This document shows positions 1 to 8,725 of a DNA stretch of 64,000 bases, piece by piece. Location: IMG/VR virus record IMGVR_UViG_3300030707_000002. The stretch is one strand, 5' to 3'. The number at the start of each line of letters is the position of its first letter. Position 1 is the stretch's first letter. The translations under genes and the position numbers were made by a program. Source of the stretch: an uncultured virus (IMG/VR IMGVR_UViG_3300030707_000002) (Duplodnaviria > Heunggongvirae > Uroviricota > Caudoviricetes). Under the pieces are notes generated by a model. It worked only from the letters and a program-made list of their open reading frames with translations. It was not told the DNA's origin and did no database searches.

Positions 1-218
1 CTGAAGATGTGCCGGTCCTGTTCCCCTTCCGGCCCCTGCAGCGAGACTCGCACCCACACCGGCCGCCAGCCGGCGTGCATCAAATGCTCACAGTGCCCGT
101 CGGCGGTCTCGCACTCCTCGACAGCCGGATGGTCGAACGTCGCCTCGCAGTGCTCGCAGAGGCAAATGCAGTGACCAACTGGCCGTCCTCCTGCGCGAGT
201 AACCGTCTTGGTCTTCAT
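1..218 (-). CDS. Cys/His-rich hypothetical protein, runs off window start
   Basis: ATG at 218 overlaps upstream stop (ATGA); MKTKTVTRAGGRPVGHCICLCEHCEA... open to the edge. Confidence 0.6.
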   Translation of the reverse strand, partial: MKTKTVTRAGGRPVGHCICLCEHCEATFDHPAVEECETADGHCEHLMHAGWRPVWVRVSLQGPEGEQDRHIF

Positions 219-349
219 CGTACCTCCTCCACGGTGAACTGCTTCCCCGGCCACATGCTCGCCGCCCGCTCCTCGGCGTCGTCTTGGCTCCTGGCGAGCA
301 GCCGACCGAGCTCGGAACCGTCTGGGGCGACGACGCGGTAGGGCTTCAC
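215..349 (-). CDS. small hypothetical protein
   Basis: GGAGG SD, GTG start coupled to the upstream stop; (V)KPYRVVAPDGSELG...TVEEVR. Confidence 0.6.
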   Translation of the reverse strand: MKPYRVVAPDGSELGRLLARSQDDAEERAASMWPGKQFTVEEVR

Positions 350-528
350 GGCGCCTCCGTCGGCTGCATGCCAATCAGGCTCGGTCCCAGCACAATCGCC
401 AAAGTCGACTTGCATGAGCAATTACGAAGTTCGAGCCGCTCTACCTCGTCGTCTATCTCGCCAACGTAGGGCAAGAGTTTCCACTCACCCGAGTCGTACT
501 GTCTCCCACACCCACACTGTTTGTTCAT
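346..528 (-). CDS. small Zn-ribbon-like protein
   Basis: MNKQCGCG...RNCSCKSTL; AGGAG SD; ATGA coupling. Confidence 0.65.
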   Translation of the reverse strand: MNKQCGCGRQYDSGEWKLLPYVGEIDDEVERLELRNCSCKSTLAIVLGPSLIGMQPTEAP

Positions 529-746
529 CGACCGCTCTCCTTTCGCCTCCGCACCCGACTCGCCAGTACCGCGAAGTGGGCCGGGAGCGCCTCCCGCCAG
601 ACCTCGCGCACCTCCGGGATGCCCTGGCTGGTGGCGAGCTTCTCGAACTCGGGGCACACGGGGCCCTCGTGGGCGATGGCCTGCGCGGCGTCGTCCTTCT
701 GGACCTCGAGCCGGCAGAACGGGCACTTGCTTACCTGCGTCGCCAT
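525..746 (-). CDS. CxxC-H-C small protein, paralog of 10227-10397
   Basis: CPFC...AHEGPVCPEFE; GGAGG SD. Confidence 0.7.
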   Translation of the reverse strand: MATQVSKCPFCRLEVQKDDAAQAIAHEGPVCPEFEKLATSQGIPEVREVWREALPAHFAVLASRVRRRKESGR

Positions 747-789
747 GAGCCCTCCGAGGGTACGGCACGCCGCTGCGCGCGGATAAGGG

Positions 790-1152
790 TCACGGCGCCT
801 CGACGAGGGCGAGCTTGCGCCGGCAGAGCTTGCAGGTGACCTCCTCGCGGTTCGTTGTGAGGTTGCGGCGGGCTACGTGCGCGGTGTCGCAGGCGTGCCG
901 CCGGCCGTCCTCGGTGTAGTGCAGCTTGCGCGGCGTGAAGTGCAAGACCTCCTCCCGGGTGGCCTGCCGGACCTCGACCCAACGGTTATGGACGTCCCGG
1001 CCGCCCGCCGTCTCGAACCGCGCATGCAACTCCTCCTGGAACTGCTCAACGAGGGTCTGGAGTGCGGGATACTCGCTCGCGGGGAAAACGCCGATAACGC
1101 TTATTTCTACCACGGTAGCGATCGGCCACTTGGCAGGCGATGGTTCTGTCAT
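790..1152 (-). CDS. hypothetical protein with C-terminal H-C-CxxC finger
   Basis: LHY...HAC...VTCKLC; ATGA coupling. Confidence 0.65.
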   Translation of the reverse strand: MTEPSPAKWPIATVVEISVIGVFPASEYPALQTLVEQFQEELHARFETAGGRDVHNRWVEVRQATREEVLHFTPRKLHYTEDGRRHACDTAHVARRNLTTNREEVTCKLCRRKLALVEAP

Positions 1153-1319
1153 GGGATCCTCGACTCCCTGCGGGTCTCTGTAGCCAGAGCACGGCGAGCG
1201 CAGTAGGTGTGCTTGATCCGGTACGGTCCGGGAGGTCTGCCGAAGCACCGGGCGCCCTTGGCCGCCCCGCAGCGGGGGCACGGTACCGATCGGGCCAGGA
1301 GGTCGTAATCGCGTTTCAT
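1149..1319 (-). CDS. small zinc-finger protein
   Basis: VPCPRCGAAKGARC...KH..C; coupled at both ends. Confidence 0.6.
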   Translation of the reverse strand: MKRDYDLLARSVPCPRCGAAKGARCFGRPPGPYRIKHTYCARRALATETRRESRIP

Positions 1320-1627
1320 CGACGGCCCATGTTGGTTCCGTCCGACCCTTCTATGAAGCCGAGCACCGCTTTAGCCCGCTCTCCGTTGGGTTGGGACGCG
1401 TACCACTCCAGCGCGTCAGCCGCCGCTGCGAGCTTCTCGCGGAGCGATTCGCGTGATCCAAGCACCGCGTCCTGCGCCAGGCGGACACGACGCCGGAAGG
1501 CGACTTGCGCCCGAGTGAAATATGAATCGGGTTCAGTGGACTCGACGGCGTCCACGAGACCGGCCAGTCGGTTGCGTGCGCGCTTCAGGCGGCTAAAATC
1601 GTGCAGCAATGGATTCATCCGAGGCAT
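1316..1627 (-). CDS. hypothetical protein
   Basis: GGAGGAGG SD before ATG 1627; helical composition. Confidence 0.6.
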   Translation of the reverse strand: MPRMNPLLHDFSRLKRARNRLAGLVDAVESTEPDSYFTRAQVAFRRRVRLAQDAVLGSRESLREKLAAAADALEWYASQPNGERAKAVLGFIEGSDGTNMGRR

Positions 1628-2160
1628 TTGACCTCCTCCACGATCGCCTCGAGCGCCACCGGCGCGTAATCGCGCACGTCGACCCCTACGTTGATCATCC
1701 GGCCGCGCGTCTTCCATAACCCGTGGATGTGCCCGTGCAGGAGCACTCGTCCGTAGTCATACGGTCGGTACGCGTGGTACTTCTCCCGGTCATCGCCCGA
1801 GTACGGCATGTGGTGCACGAGCATCCCGTCCACGACGAGGCTCTCGACCACCTCCACAAAGCCTGCACGGAGGTAGCGCCCCTTGGCGGCTACGTGATCC
1901 TTCCGGCACGGGTGGCAGCGATCGTGGTTGCCGAAGACGAGGGTGTGCCGGCCGTGGAGCTGTGGCAGGATCGAGGACACGAGCTGCTCGTTCATCGCGA
2001 AATCGCCTACGTGGATCACGTGGTCGGACGGGCCGACGACGGCGTTGTGCCTGGCCACGAGCTCCTGCTTCATGTGCTCGGCATCGAAGAACGGTCGCTC
2101 GCAATAACGAATGATGTTCGTGTGGCCGTAGTGTTCGTCCGCTGTGATCCAGGTGGTCAT
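1615..2160 (-). CDS. calcineurin-like metallophosphoesterase
   Basis: ADEHYGH, VGDF, GNHD, HH.P, LHGHIH and INVGVD motifs. Confidence 0.9.
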   Translation of the reverse strand: MTTWITADEHYGHTNIIRYCERPFFDAEHMKQELVARHNAVVGPSDHVIHVGDFAMNEQLVSSILPQLHGRHTLVFGNHDRCHPCRKDHVAAKGRYLRAGFVEVVESLVVDGMLVHHMPYSGDDREKYHAYRPYDYGRVLLHGHIHGLWKTRGRMINVGVDVRDYAPVALEAIVEEVKCLG

Positions 2161-2203
2161 CCGCAGCCTCGGACCAAGGCTAGGCACCAACGAATCAATC
2201 GAA

Positions 2204-2710
2204 TCATGCTCGCTCTCCAATCGTCCGGTACTCGACCGGCCTACCACTCGCCTGCGCCGCGTCGATCCCCCGCCGCATCCCCTCGGTGATTCCGAGGTCC
2301 CTGTAGACCACCGTGGCCTCCGCCTGGACGGCCCAGGCGAGGCCGCACGCGATCCCGATCTCGCGCTCCGCCGGAACGTCCTCGTCCAGAAACTGCGTGT
2401 AGAGGGCGTGACTGGCGAACGGGGCCTCGGTCCGATCCATCGAATCGCGCATGCTCCGCCAGAGGTATTCGAGGTTGCGTTCGCACCCTTCGGGCGTGTC
2501 GGCGCGGAACGGCGACTCGAGGTAGACGCGACGCCTGGCGTTGCCGACCTCTTCGACCGTGATGCGAATACGCCGGCCGTGCAGCCCCCGCACCCACTCC
2601 TGCCAGTACGCGATGCGCGGCGGCGATTCACTCAGCACGACGTACGTGTCCTGGGCATGCGATTCGTCCTCGTGGGCGAGCGTCCCCTCGAAACAGCGTT
2701 TCTCAACCAT
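2204..2710 (-). CDS. nucleoside deoxyribosyltransferase-like fold protein with extra N-terminal module
   Basis: VYLESPF...EAPFASHALYTQFLD...GITEGMRRGI pattern typical of this phage family. Confidence 0.7.
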   Translation of the reverse strand: MVEKRCFEGTLAHEDESHAQDTYVVLSESPPRIAYWQEWVRGLHGRRIRITVEEVGNARRRVYLESPFRADTPEGCERNLEYLWRSMRDSMDRTEAPFASHALYTQFLDEDVPAEREIGIACGLAWAVQAEATVVYRDLGITEGMRRGIDAAQASGRPVEYRTIGERA

Positions 2711-4985
2711 CGTCGTCCTCCTCGTCCCGCACCTTGATCCGCTTCGCCGGCTTGGCCGCATACTCCAGGTCGTCCGAAATCCCCACCGCCAGCTCGAAGT
2801 CGTGCCGCGACACGCAGCGAATCGACCGCTCGCAGCCGTAGTCTTGCTCCTTCGGCCGCTCGATGGACCCGTCCGGTCGGATGCCGTCGATCGTGAAGGT
2901 CCCGCGCGACAAGTGCGTCACCCGCCAGAGCAACCCCTTCGCGTACTTGGTTCCGCCCCTGGTCGTGATGGACCGGACCAGCCGCACAGCCTTGCCGAGC
3001 AAGGCCTTGTCCGCCTTGCGCCGGGCGTACTCGCTTCGCCCGTCCGACTGTGGCTTGGGTACCGGCTTCGGCGGCGCTGCGAGCGGAGGGGGCTCTTCGT
3101 GCCGACCCGCCTTGTACTCCTCGGCCGAGAGCAGCAGCGGCGCCCACCCGAGGTACTCCTCGCGGGTGCGCGGATCCGCGAAGAACTGCTTGTAGTCGCC
3201 AGCCTGGTAGCCGTCGACGTTGAGCACGCGGCTCGTCCTGCAGACGTAGGTACGGCCGACCGGCGGGCCACCGCCCCGGCTGCGCTCCTTGGTCCACCGG
3301 TACCACGCGCGGCCGTCCTTCTTCGCGAGTCGCGCAACCCGCGCGAATCGGCCCGGTCCCGGATCGCCGCTCGGCTGGTAGCGATCGGGCCGCCATTCGC
3401 TAGCCCTGCGGCCGAGAGCGTCCCGCCGAGCGTTTTCCTTCCTCGCCTCCAGCCGCTCCCAGGCGACTTCCTGACCGACCGTCACCGAGCCGACCGCGAG
3501 CAGCGCGTTGACGCGTGCCCGGTACGCCTCGAAGTCGGGCCTGTCGCCGGCCACGAGCACCCGATCCGAGTCGCGATGCAGGCGCAGCGCCTGCCCGAAG
3601 CCTGCCGCGTCGTAAAGCCTCCACGGCGGGTGCGGGTGCAGCGCAGGCGACCGGTCGAGCAGCCCTTGAAGCACGAGCACGACGCGGTTGTGCTGCTCCA
3701 TCTGGCGCGCGATCCGGCGCGCGATGTCGTCGTACTCGACGCTCTCCCGGGTGAACGGCACGTAGTCGCGGGCCGCCCGATCGAAGTAGGAGAAGCTCGA
3801 GACGTACTCGCGCTCAGCCTTCGGTTTCTTGTTCTCTTCCGCGACCCGTCGCTTGGTCTCGCGCTCCTTCTGCTCGTCGCTCTCGACCCTCGCGCGGTAC
3901 TCGTTCTCGCCGATGACCGTGAAGTCCTTGCCGCTGCCCTTGGCGTAGAGCCGCCCCTCGCCAGCCGAGAGTGTCGGGTGGTCGGCGTCCGGGAAGAGCT
4001 TCTCGCCGAAGTCGATCTCGGTCGACAACCGATGCACCTGCGCGCCGTTGCGGATGTAGAGGAACGTCAGCGTGTCGAGCTGCTTCAAGTCCATGAAGCG
4101 GATGAACTCGCGAATGCTTCCGGCCTCCCGCTCCTTGTCGTGCCGGCGGACCCGCATCGCCACGACCGTGCGCTGGAACGGGAGCACCCGGTCGAGGTTG
4201 TCCTTCCGACAGAGCCAGCGGTCGAATGCGCGGATGTCCTTGAACTCCATGCCTCCCGTGTCGTAGTTCGCGAGGCACTCCTCATCCATGCACAGACGCC
4301 GCTGAAAGAGGTGCACGGGCTCCGTCAGCGCCGCGGGCTTGCCGTCCTTGACGCACTTCACCGTCTCGCAGAGCCCCGCGTAGAGCTCGACGGAGAAGAT
4401 GCGGTCCTCGACCCGCTGGATGGCCGGCTTGAGCGAACGCGCCTCGGCCTTCATCGGGATGACCTGCGCCGACAGCCAGTGCTTGTACTCCTCGCTCTTT
4501 CCCTTGATTTTCTCGAACAGCTCCGGGAGCATCTCGTCCTTGGCCTTCACGAGCGCGGTCTTGTACTCGGCGGCTGGCTGATCGGCCGCGACCGTGATCG
4601 CCGTCGCGGCGACCTCGCCCGAACCGAGTGACAGGCTGGGGGCGACCCCGAGCTTCGCAGTGAGGAACTTGACCTCCTCCATGAGTCCGTCGAGCTCGCG
4701 CCGGCACCGCTCGGCGTTGCCGCGCAGGAGCGCCTCCGGATCTTCGACAAACTCGCAGAGGGACCAGAAGATGTCGTTGTGGAGTCGCTGCGTCGACTCG
4801 TGCTCGATGTACGTGACCTCCACGTAGTTCGAGCCGAGCTTGGTCACGCACGCCAGCGAGGGGGCACCTCCCTCGTCCTTCACCCAGTACCAGCGGCCGA
4901 CCTTCGGAGTGTCGGGCTGCTCGCCGCCAACCTGCTCGGCGCGATCGGACTCGGGTGACGGAGCGTGGACGATGTCGGCGATCAT
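2703..4985 (-). CDS. large hypothetical protein (760 aa) with coiled coils
   Basis: Long ORF with GC3-biased codons, coupled to neighbours; no motif recognised. Confidence 0.85.
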   Translation of the reverse strand: MIADIVHAPSPESDRAEQVGGEQPDTPKVGRWYWVKDEGGAPSLACVTKLGSNYVEVTYIEHESTQRLHNDIFWSLCEFVEDPEALLRGNAERCRRELDGLMEEVKFLTAKLGVAPSLSLGSGEVAATAITVAADQPAAEYKTALVKAKDEMLPELFEKIKGKSEEYKHWLSAQVIPMKAEARSLKPAIQRVEDRIFSVELYAGLCETVKCVKDGKPAALTEPVHLFQRRLCMDEECLANYDTGGMEFKDIRAFDRWLCRKDNLDRVLPFQRTVVAMRVRRHDKEREAGSIREFIRFMDLKQLDTLTFLYIRNGAQVHRLSTEIDFGEKLFPDADHPTLSAGEGRLYAKGSGKDFTVIGENEYRARVESDEQKERETKRRVAEENKKPKAEREYVSSFSYFDRAARDYVPFTRESVEYDDIARRIARQMEQHNRVVLVLQGLLDRSPALHPHPPWRLYDAAGFGQALRLHRDSDRVLVAGDRPDFEAYRARVNALLAVGSVTVGQEVAWERLEARKENARRDALGRRASEWRPDRYQPSGDPGPGRFARVARLAKKDGRAWYRWTKERSRGGGPPVGRTYVCRTSRVLNVDGYQAGDYKQFFADPRTREEYLGWAPLLLSAEEYKAGRHEEPPPLAAPPKPVPKPQSDGRSEYARRKADKALLGKAVRLVRSITTRGGTKYAKGLLWRVTHLSRGTFTIDGIRPDGSIERPKEQDYGCERSIRCVSRHDFELAVGISDDLEYAAKPAKRIKVRDEEDDDG

Positions 4986-5413
4986 GGGCCGCCCAAGCTG
5001 TCGCCGTAGAACTCGTCGAGCCCCTTCACTTCCTTCGTCGGGTCCACCACCTCGGTCGCCTCGGCGGGGAGGTAAGCCCGGAGCAATGACACCACGCGAG
5101 CCAGTCGCCCCATGTGGGTCACGATGCGCCGGGAGTGATCATCACCTTCCCGCCCCGCGTTCTGGAGAATCATGACGGGGGCGCCATCGAGCCAGAGCGC
5201 GTACAGCCACCAGATCCGGCGCTCGTCGGAACTGCGCCGGCCGTAGAACCGGAGCTCGAACCGACCCTTCAGGAGACCTTCGACAATAGGGGCCAGGTCG
5301 GCCACGTTCGCATCCACTTCGGGGAGGTGGTCGTAGTTGTAGCCCTTGAGCGGGTCCAAGTTGTCCCGCACGACCTCCACCGGGTCGCGCGCGTAGAGCT
5401 CGTTGGGGGTCAT
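4982..5413 (-). CDS. hypothetical protein
   Basis: MTPNELYARDP...; ATGA coupling. Confidence 0.7.
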   Translation of the reverse strand: MTPNELYARDPVEVVRDNLDPLKGYNYDHLPEVDANVADLAPIVEGLLKGRFELRFYGRRSSDERRIWWLYALWLDGAPVMILQNAGREGDDHSRRIVTHMGRLARVVSLLRAYLPAEATEVVDPTKEVKGLDEFYGDSLGGP

Positions 5414-5619
5414 GATGGTGCGCTCCCAGCGCTCTCGATGGCGTAGATGATCGCGTATGCCAGGTAGCCGGCGTCGTTCTCCTGGCCGAGATTGCGGTTG
5501 ATGGCCTCCATGTTCGGCTTGATGACCTCGTCGCGAATGCGTTGATGGTCGGGATAGAGCGCGCGGCAGAGTTCGAGCTGTTCGTTCGTGAGAACGTCGC
5601 CGATCGTGACCGTCTTCAT
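5410..5619 (-). CDS. hypothetical protein
   Basis: 69 aa, coupled at both ends. Confidence 0.7.
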   Translation of the reverse strand: MKTVTIGDVLTNEQLELCRALYPDHQRIRDEVIKPNMEAINRNLGQENDAGYLAYAIIYAIESAGSAPS

Positions 5620-6059
5620 GATGATCTTGGGTCCCTCTCGCCTGCATGTTCGATGGCTTCGTACTCTGCACGGGGGTCAGACTCCGGCGGTTCGTCTTCG
5701 TTCTCTGAAGTCGGATTCTCGCTCGCCCCGTCCCCCTCGTTGATCGCCACCTGCCGCGCGTCCGACTCCGACAGCTTCTCGTCGAGCGCGTCGAGCGTCG
5801 TTTCGATGGTGAGGATGGACGCGCGGATGATCCCGAGTGAGGTCTTGAGCGAGGCCGCGGTCGCCCGGACGAGACCGATCGCGGCGCGAAAACCGCTCAC
5901 CTGCCGGCGCAGCCGATCGTGCACGCTCCCGCTCTCGATCTGCCTCTTCACTCGGTCGAGCCACAGGTCAAGTTCGCTCGCCTCGTCTGGCATGTGTGAC
6001 CCGAGCGACTCGCGCGCCATCGCGACGACTTCCAGCAGATCCTGCTTGTGCGTGCTCAT
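5616..6059 (-). CDS. coiled-coil protein with acidic tail
   Basis: 147 aa, GAGGAG SD, coupled. Confidence 0.7.
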   Translation of the reverse strand: MSTHKQDLLEVVAMARESLGSHMPDEASELDLWLDRVKRQIESGSVHDRLRRQVSGFRAAIGLVRATAASLKTSLGIIRASILTIETTLDALDEKLSESDARQVAINEGDGASENPTSENEDEPPESDPRAEYEAIEHAGERDPRSS

Positions 6060-6541
6060 TGCAGAGGAGTCTCCTCAGGCGACACTGGGACGCGAACCAA
6101 CTCGGGACCGCTGCCGGTCCCATCGACGAATTTCTGCATGGAGCACACGGCTTGGTGGGCGAGACCGAGGGCGGCGAAGCCAGGCACCCCCTGCACGTAC
6201 CACCCGATCCGTGGTGCGCTCACGGCGACCAAGCAATCGAGGCCACGGGTCGACGCGAGCTTGGACACTGCGGTCGTGAACGCCTTCACGTCATCGAACG
6301 AGACGATGGTGTCCGGCAGGACGTCTCGCATTGGCGGCAGCACCTCAAGAGCATCGACGAGCCGCTTGACGGATGGAGAGAGCTCCCAGGGATCTCCGAA
6401 TTTGGAGACCGCTCCGCAAGACCCGCATAGGCTATAGCCACCATCGCATAGGCCGTTGCCGTCGTGCTTGCACTGCACGATCGCCTTTGCAGCATCGAGA
6501 ATGGCTTGGAGCTGAATGTTGGTTTCGTTGGATGTGCTCAC
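6056..6541 (-). CDS. hypothetical protein with CxH/CxxC motif
   Basis: 161 aa, coupled. Confidence 0.65.
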   Translation of the reverse strand: MSTSNETNIQLQAILDAAKAIVQCKHDGNGLCDGGYSLCGSCGAVSKFGDPWELSPSVKRLVDALEVLPPMRDVLPDTIVSFDDVKAFTTAVSKLASTRGLDCLVAVSAPRIGWYVQGVPGFAALGLAHQAVCSMQKFVDGTGSGPELVRVPVSPEETPLQ

Positions 6542-6927
6542 GATAACCTCTCATCCATTTCGTACTTCGCCTTCAGCCTGGCGAGCTCCGCGCGTTCCGT
6601 TCGCTCTGTCTCGTCCGCGAGCTGATTTGCAGCGGCTCCATACAGACCCATAGTGACCACCACCGACCGAAGCTGCTGCTCCAAATCAGTCAGTGTCCGT
6701 CGTTGCTGCTCCTCGTCGACCATGATCGCGAACGTGTCCACCCGTTCCGCTGGACCGCTGAATCGCACGTTGTAGAACCCGTCGATGTCGAAGTGTGCGA
6801 TGAACTCGAACGTCCGAGAGAGATCACGGTAGAGCTCCTTCGTGAAGAGCGTCCGCTTGTACCCCGACGCCGCGAAGCGACCGAACGATTCCACGGTCTT
6901 CGCGTCGATGTTCTCTGACTTCTTCAT
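6538..6927 (-). CDS. hypothetical protein
   Basis: MKKSENID...FTKELY..LS..F.FIAHFD..GFY; TGATG coupling. Confidence 0.7.
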   Translation of the reverse strand: MKKSENIDAKTVESFGRFAASGYKRTLFTKELYRDLSRTFEFIAHFDIDGFYNVRFSGPAERVDTFAIMVDEEQQRRTLTDLEQQLRSVVVTMGLYGAAANQLADETERTERAELARLKAKYEMDERLS

Positions 6928-7193
6928 CAGTGCAAGCCCTCTCCACACCGCGTACCTCTTCCGTACGGGTGCACGTAAGACCACTCCATCCCCAGGTCGA
7001 CCCCGCCGAGCATTACCGCCTCGGCTGTGCGCAGCGCCTTCATGATGACGTTCCGCGGATGCCTGCCTCGCGCCTCGACCCGTCGACCGGTCTCTCTCGA
7101 GGTGACTGTGGCGAGCCACTCGGAGCCGTCCGCGCGGATGGCTACCCGCACCCGGGACGGGTCCACGCGGAATCGAGCGAGTGCTCGTCTCAC
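6927..7193 (-). CDS. hypothetical protein
   Basis: GTG start coupled to the 7190 stop, GGGGAG SD. Confidence 0.55.
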   Translation of the reverse strand: MRRALARFRVDPSRVRVAIRADGSEWLATVTSRETGRRVEARGRHPRNVIMKALRTAEAVMLGGVDLGMEWSYVHPYGRGTRCGEGLH

Positions 7194-7810
7194 GACTCCC
7201 CCTTGTCGGCGGCCACATCGACCGACGGAGCCGCCGTTTCGAACGCCCGCGCAGCCGCCCGCTCGGCCGCCTGCACGCGCCGCTTCCACCGCTTGGCGAT
7301 CGTTTCCGCCCGCCGCACGCGCGTCTCGGCCCGCTTGAGCATCGAGCGCGCGTGCGCGAGCTTCTGGGTGCGGACGGCGAACGGATCGACGGCCTCCTCC
7401 TCGGCGTGCTCGAGAACGACGCCGGCCGACCAGCTCGGAGCCGGACCCTGGCAATAAAGAATGTCCGGCGTCATGTCGGCGTGCTGCGCCCCGCGCCAGT
7501 GCAAGACCTCGTGCCGCACGACGCGGGCGAACTGCCCGACGTCGAGCTCGGCCGGGTCGCGCGGCAGGGAGAGCGCCATGTTGAGCCCCGACAGCGCCGG
7601 GCTGCTCCCGAGCGCCGCGCAGCCGTGGTGCCTGCTCACCGACGAGTAGACGACGCGCACGGCGCCGCGAACGTGCATCCCGTAAAACCGCAGGCAGCGG
7701 ACGACGAGCGATCGGATCGCCCGGCCGTCGTAGCCGGTCTCGTTGAGGATTTCGAGCTTGCGTAGGTGGTGGTGAGAGACCTCGGGCAAGGCGGCGCGGC
7801 GGCGGCTCAT
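7190..7810 (-). CDS. putative zinc metallopeptidase with basic coiled-coil tail
   Basis: HEVLHWRGAQH = HExxHxxGxxH, followed by Met. Confidence 0.65.
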   Translation of the reverse strand: MSRRRAALPEVSHHHLRKLEILNETGYDGRAIRSLVVRCLRFYGMHVRGAVRVVYSSVSRHHGCAALGSSPALSGLNMALSLPRDPAELDVGQFARVVRHEVLHWRGAQHADMTPDILYCQGPAPSWSAGVVLEHAEEEAVDPFAVRTQKLAHARSMLKRAETRVRRAETIAKRWKRRVQAAERAAARAFETAAPSVDVAADKGES

Positions 7811-8223
7811 CGCTTCTTGCCCTCTGATTCGAGTTGGTCGACGCCCCGATAGAGCGCCATACGGATCGCCTCAGAACGATTGATGCGCTTGCCAGGTGTA
7901 CTCATTTGATTAGCTATCTTATCAACCCGACTCAGCAACAAATTAGGAATCCGGAAAGCAGTCTGAAACGCGTCGGACGTGTCTGGCTCATGTTCTTGCG
8001 CCGCCACTCGAATGAACGTCAAAAGCTCGTCGCCAGGCTTGAACCACTCTCCTCGAACTCGCAGATGAGCGAAACGCTTATGGAGCTTTTTCTCAATCTC
8101 CCGATCTCCAGCAATCGCTCCGATCATTTTCGCTTTCACCGCCGTCAACCGGCCACGTACGCTGCGACTCCAGCCGATCTTGATTAGACCGCCTCGTCGT
8201 CGTTGGGCGAAGTAGACGCTCAC
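7807..8223 (-). CDS. GIY-YIG-like (T5orf172/MUG113) domain plus C-terminal ribbon-helix-helix
   Basis: VYF...IKIGWS...RL...E..LH..F...RVRGEWF; tail AFRIP..LL..VD...RSEAIR.AL; lower GC. Confidence 0.75.
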   Translation of the reverse strand: MSVYFAQRRRGGLIKIGWSRSVRGRLTAVKAKMIGAIAGDREIEKKLHKRFAHLRVRGEWFKPGDELLTFIRVAAQEHEPDTSDAFQTAFRIPNLLLSRVDKIANQMSTPGKRINRSEAIRMALYRGVDQLESEGKKR

Positions 8224-8411
8224 CTTGTCTCCTTCCCAGTCGACTCCGCCGCACGTGATGCGCGGAGGCCGAGCAGGAGCAGCCAGGTGCTTGCGCCGAG
8301 ACCGTCGCGACCTGCGGCATCCTCGATCGCAGCTTTCTGCTGATCGGTGCACCGCACGTTGATGACGTTCTCCTTGAGGAGCTTGGAGTTCTTTTTGACC
8401 TTCGTAGTCAT
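8220..8411 (-). CDS. ribbon-helix-helix DNA-binding protein
   Basis: INVRCTDQQKAAIEDAAGRDGLGASTW; start at 8411 because the promoter lies too close to ATG 8435. Confidence 0.7.
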   Translation of the reverse strand: MTTKVKKNSKLLKENVINVRCTDQQKAAIEDAAGRDGLGASTWLLLLGLRASRAAESTGKETR

Positions 8412-8437
8412 GCTCGGTCGCCTTTCCTTGTCCATAC

Positions 8438-8466
8438 AGTGTACACCGATTGTGTATCGTTGTCAA
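8438..8466 (-). promoter_or_regulatory. sigma70-type promoter
   Basis: TTGACA-17 bp-TACACT; overlapped by GTGTACAC palindrome and TACAC-N5-GTGTA inverted repeat. Confidence 0.8.
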
Positions 8467-8494
8467 ATTCTCGATCGTGACGAGCGGAGCGATG

Positions 8495-8725
8495 TCAGCC
8501 ACGCGACATCTCCTTGAGTTTCGCCATCATCTCGACCAGCTCGTCCAGTGTGAAGCTGGAGTAGTCGTGCACCACCACCACCCGTGGCGGAGAGCCCGGG
8601 TGCCACTGGAGCATGGCAACAAGACCTTGCGGTGATCGACCGAGACGGTTGATGCTGCCGTACGAACCGTGTTCGCGCACGACGTCGAACGAGTGCGCAT
8701 CCATCGTATGGCGGAAAACGATCAC
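8495..8725 (-). CDS. hypothetical protein
   Basis: 76 aa, GTGA coupling. Confidence 0.6.
   Translation of the reverse strand: MIVFRHTMDAHSFDVVREHGSYGSINRLGRSPQGLVAMLQWHPGSPPRVVVVHDYSSFTLDELVEMMAKLKEMSRG

Noticed and set aside
2541..4631. 696-aa plus-strand ORF, and similar long antisense ORFs (12262-13785, 29721-32333, 33116-34462, 36739-38208)
   Set aside because: Shadow frames opposite genuine genes, caused by high GC3; no motifs or SD.
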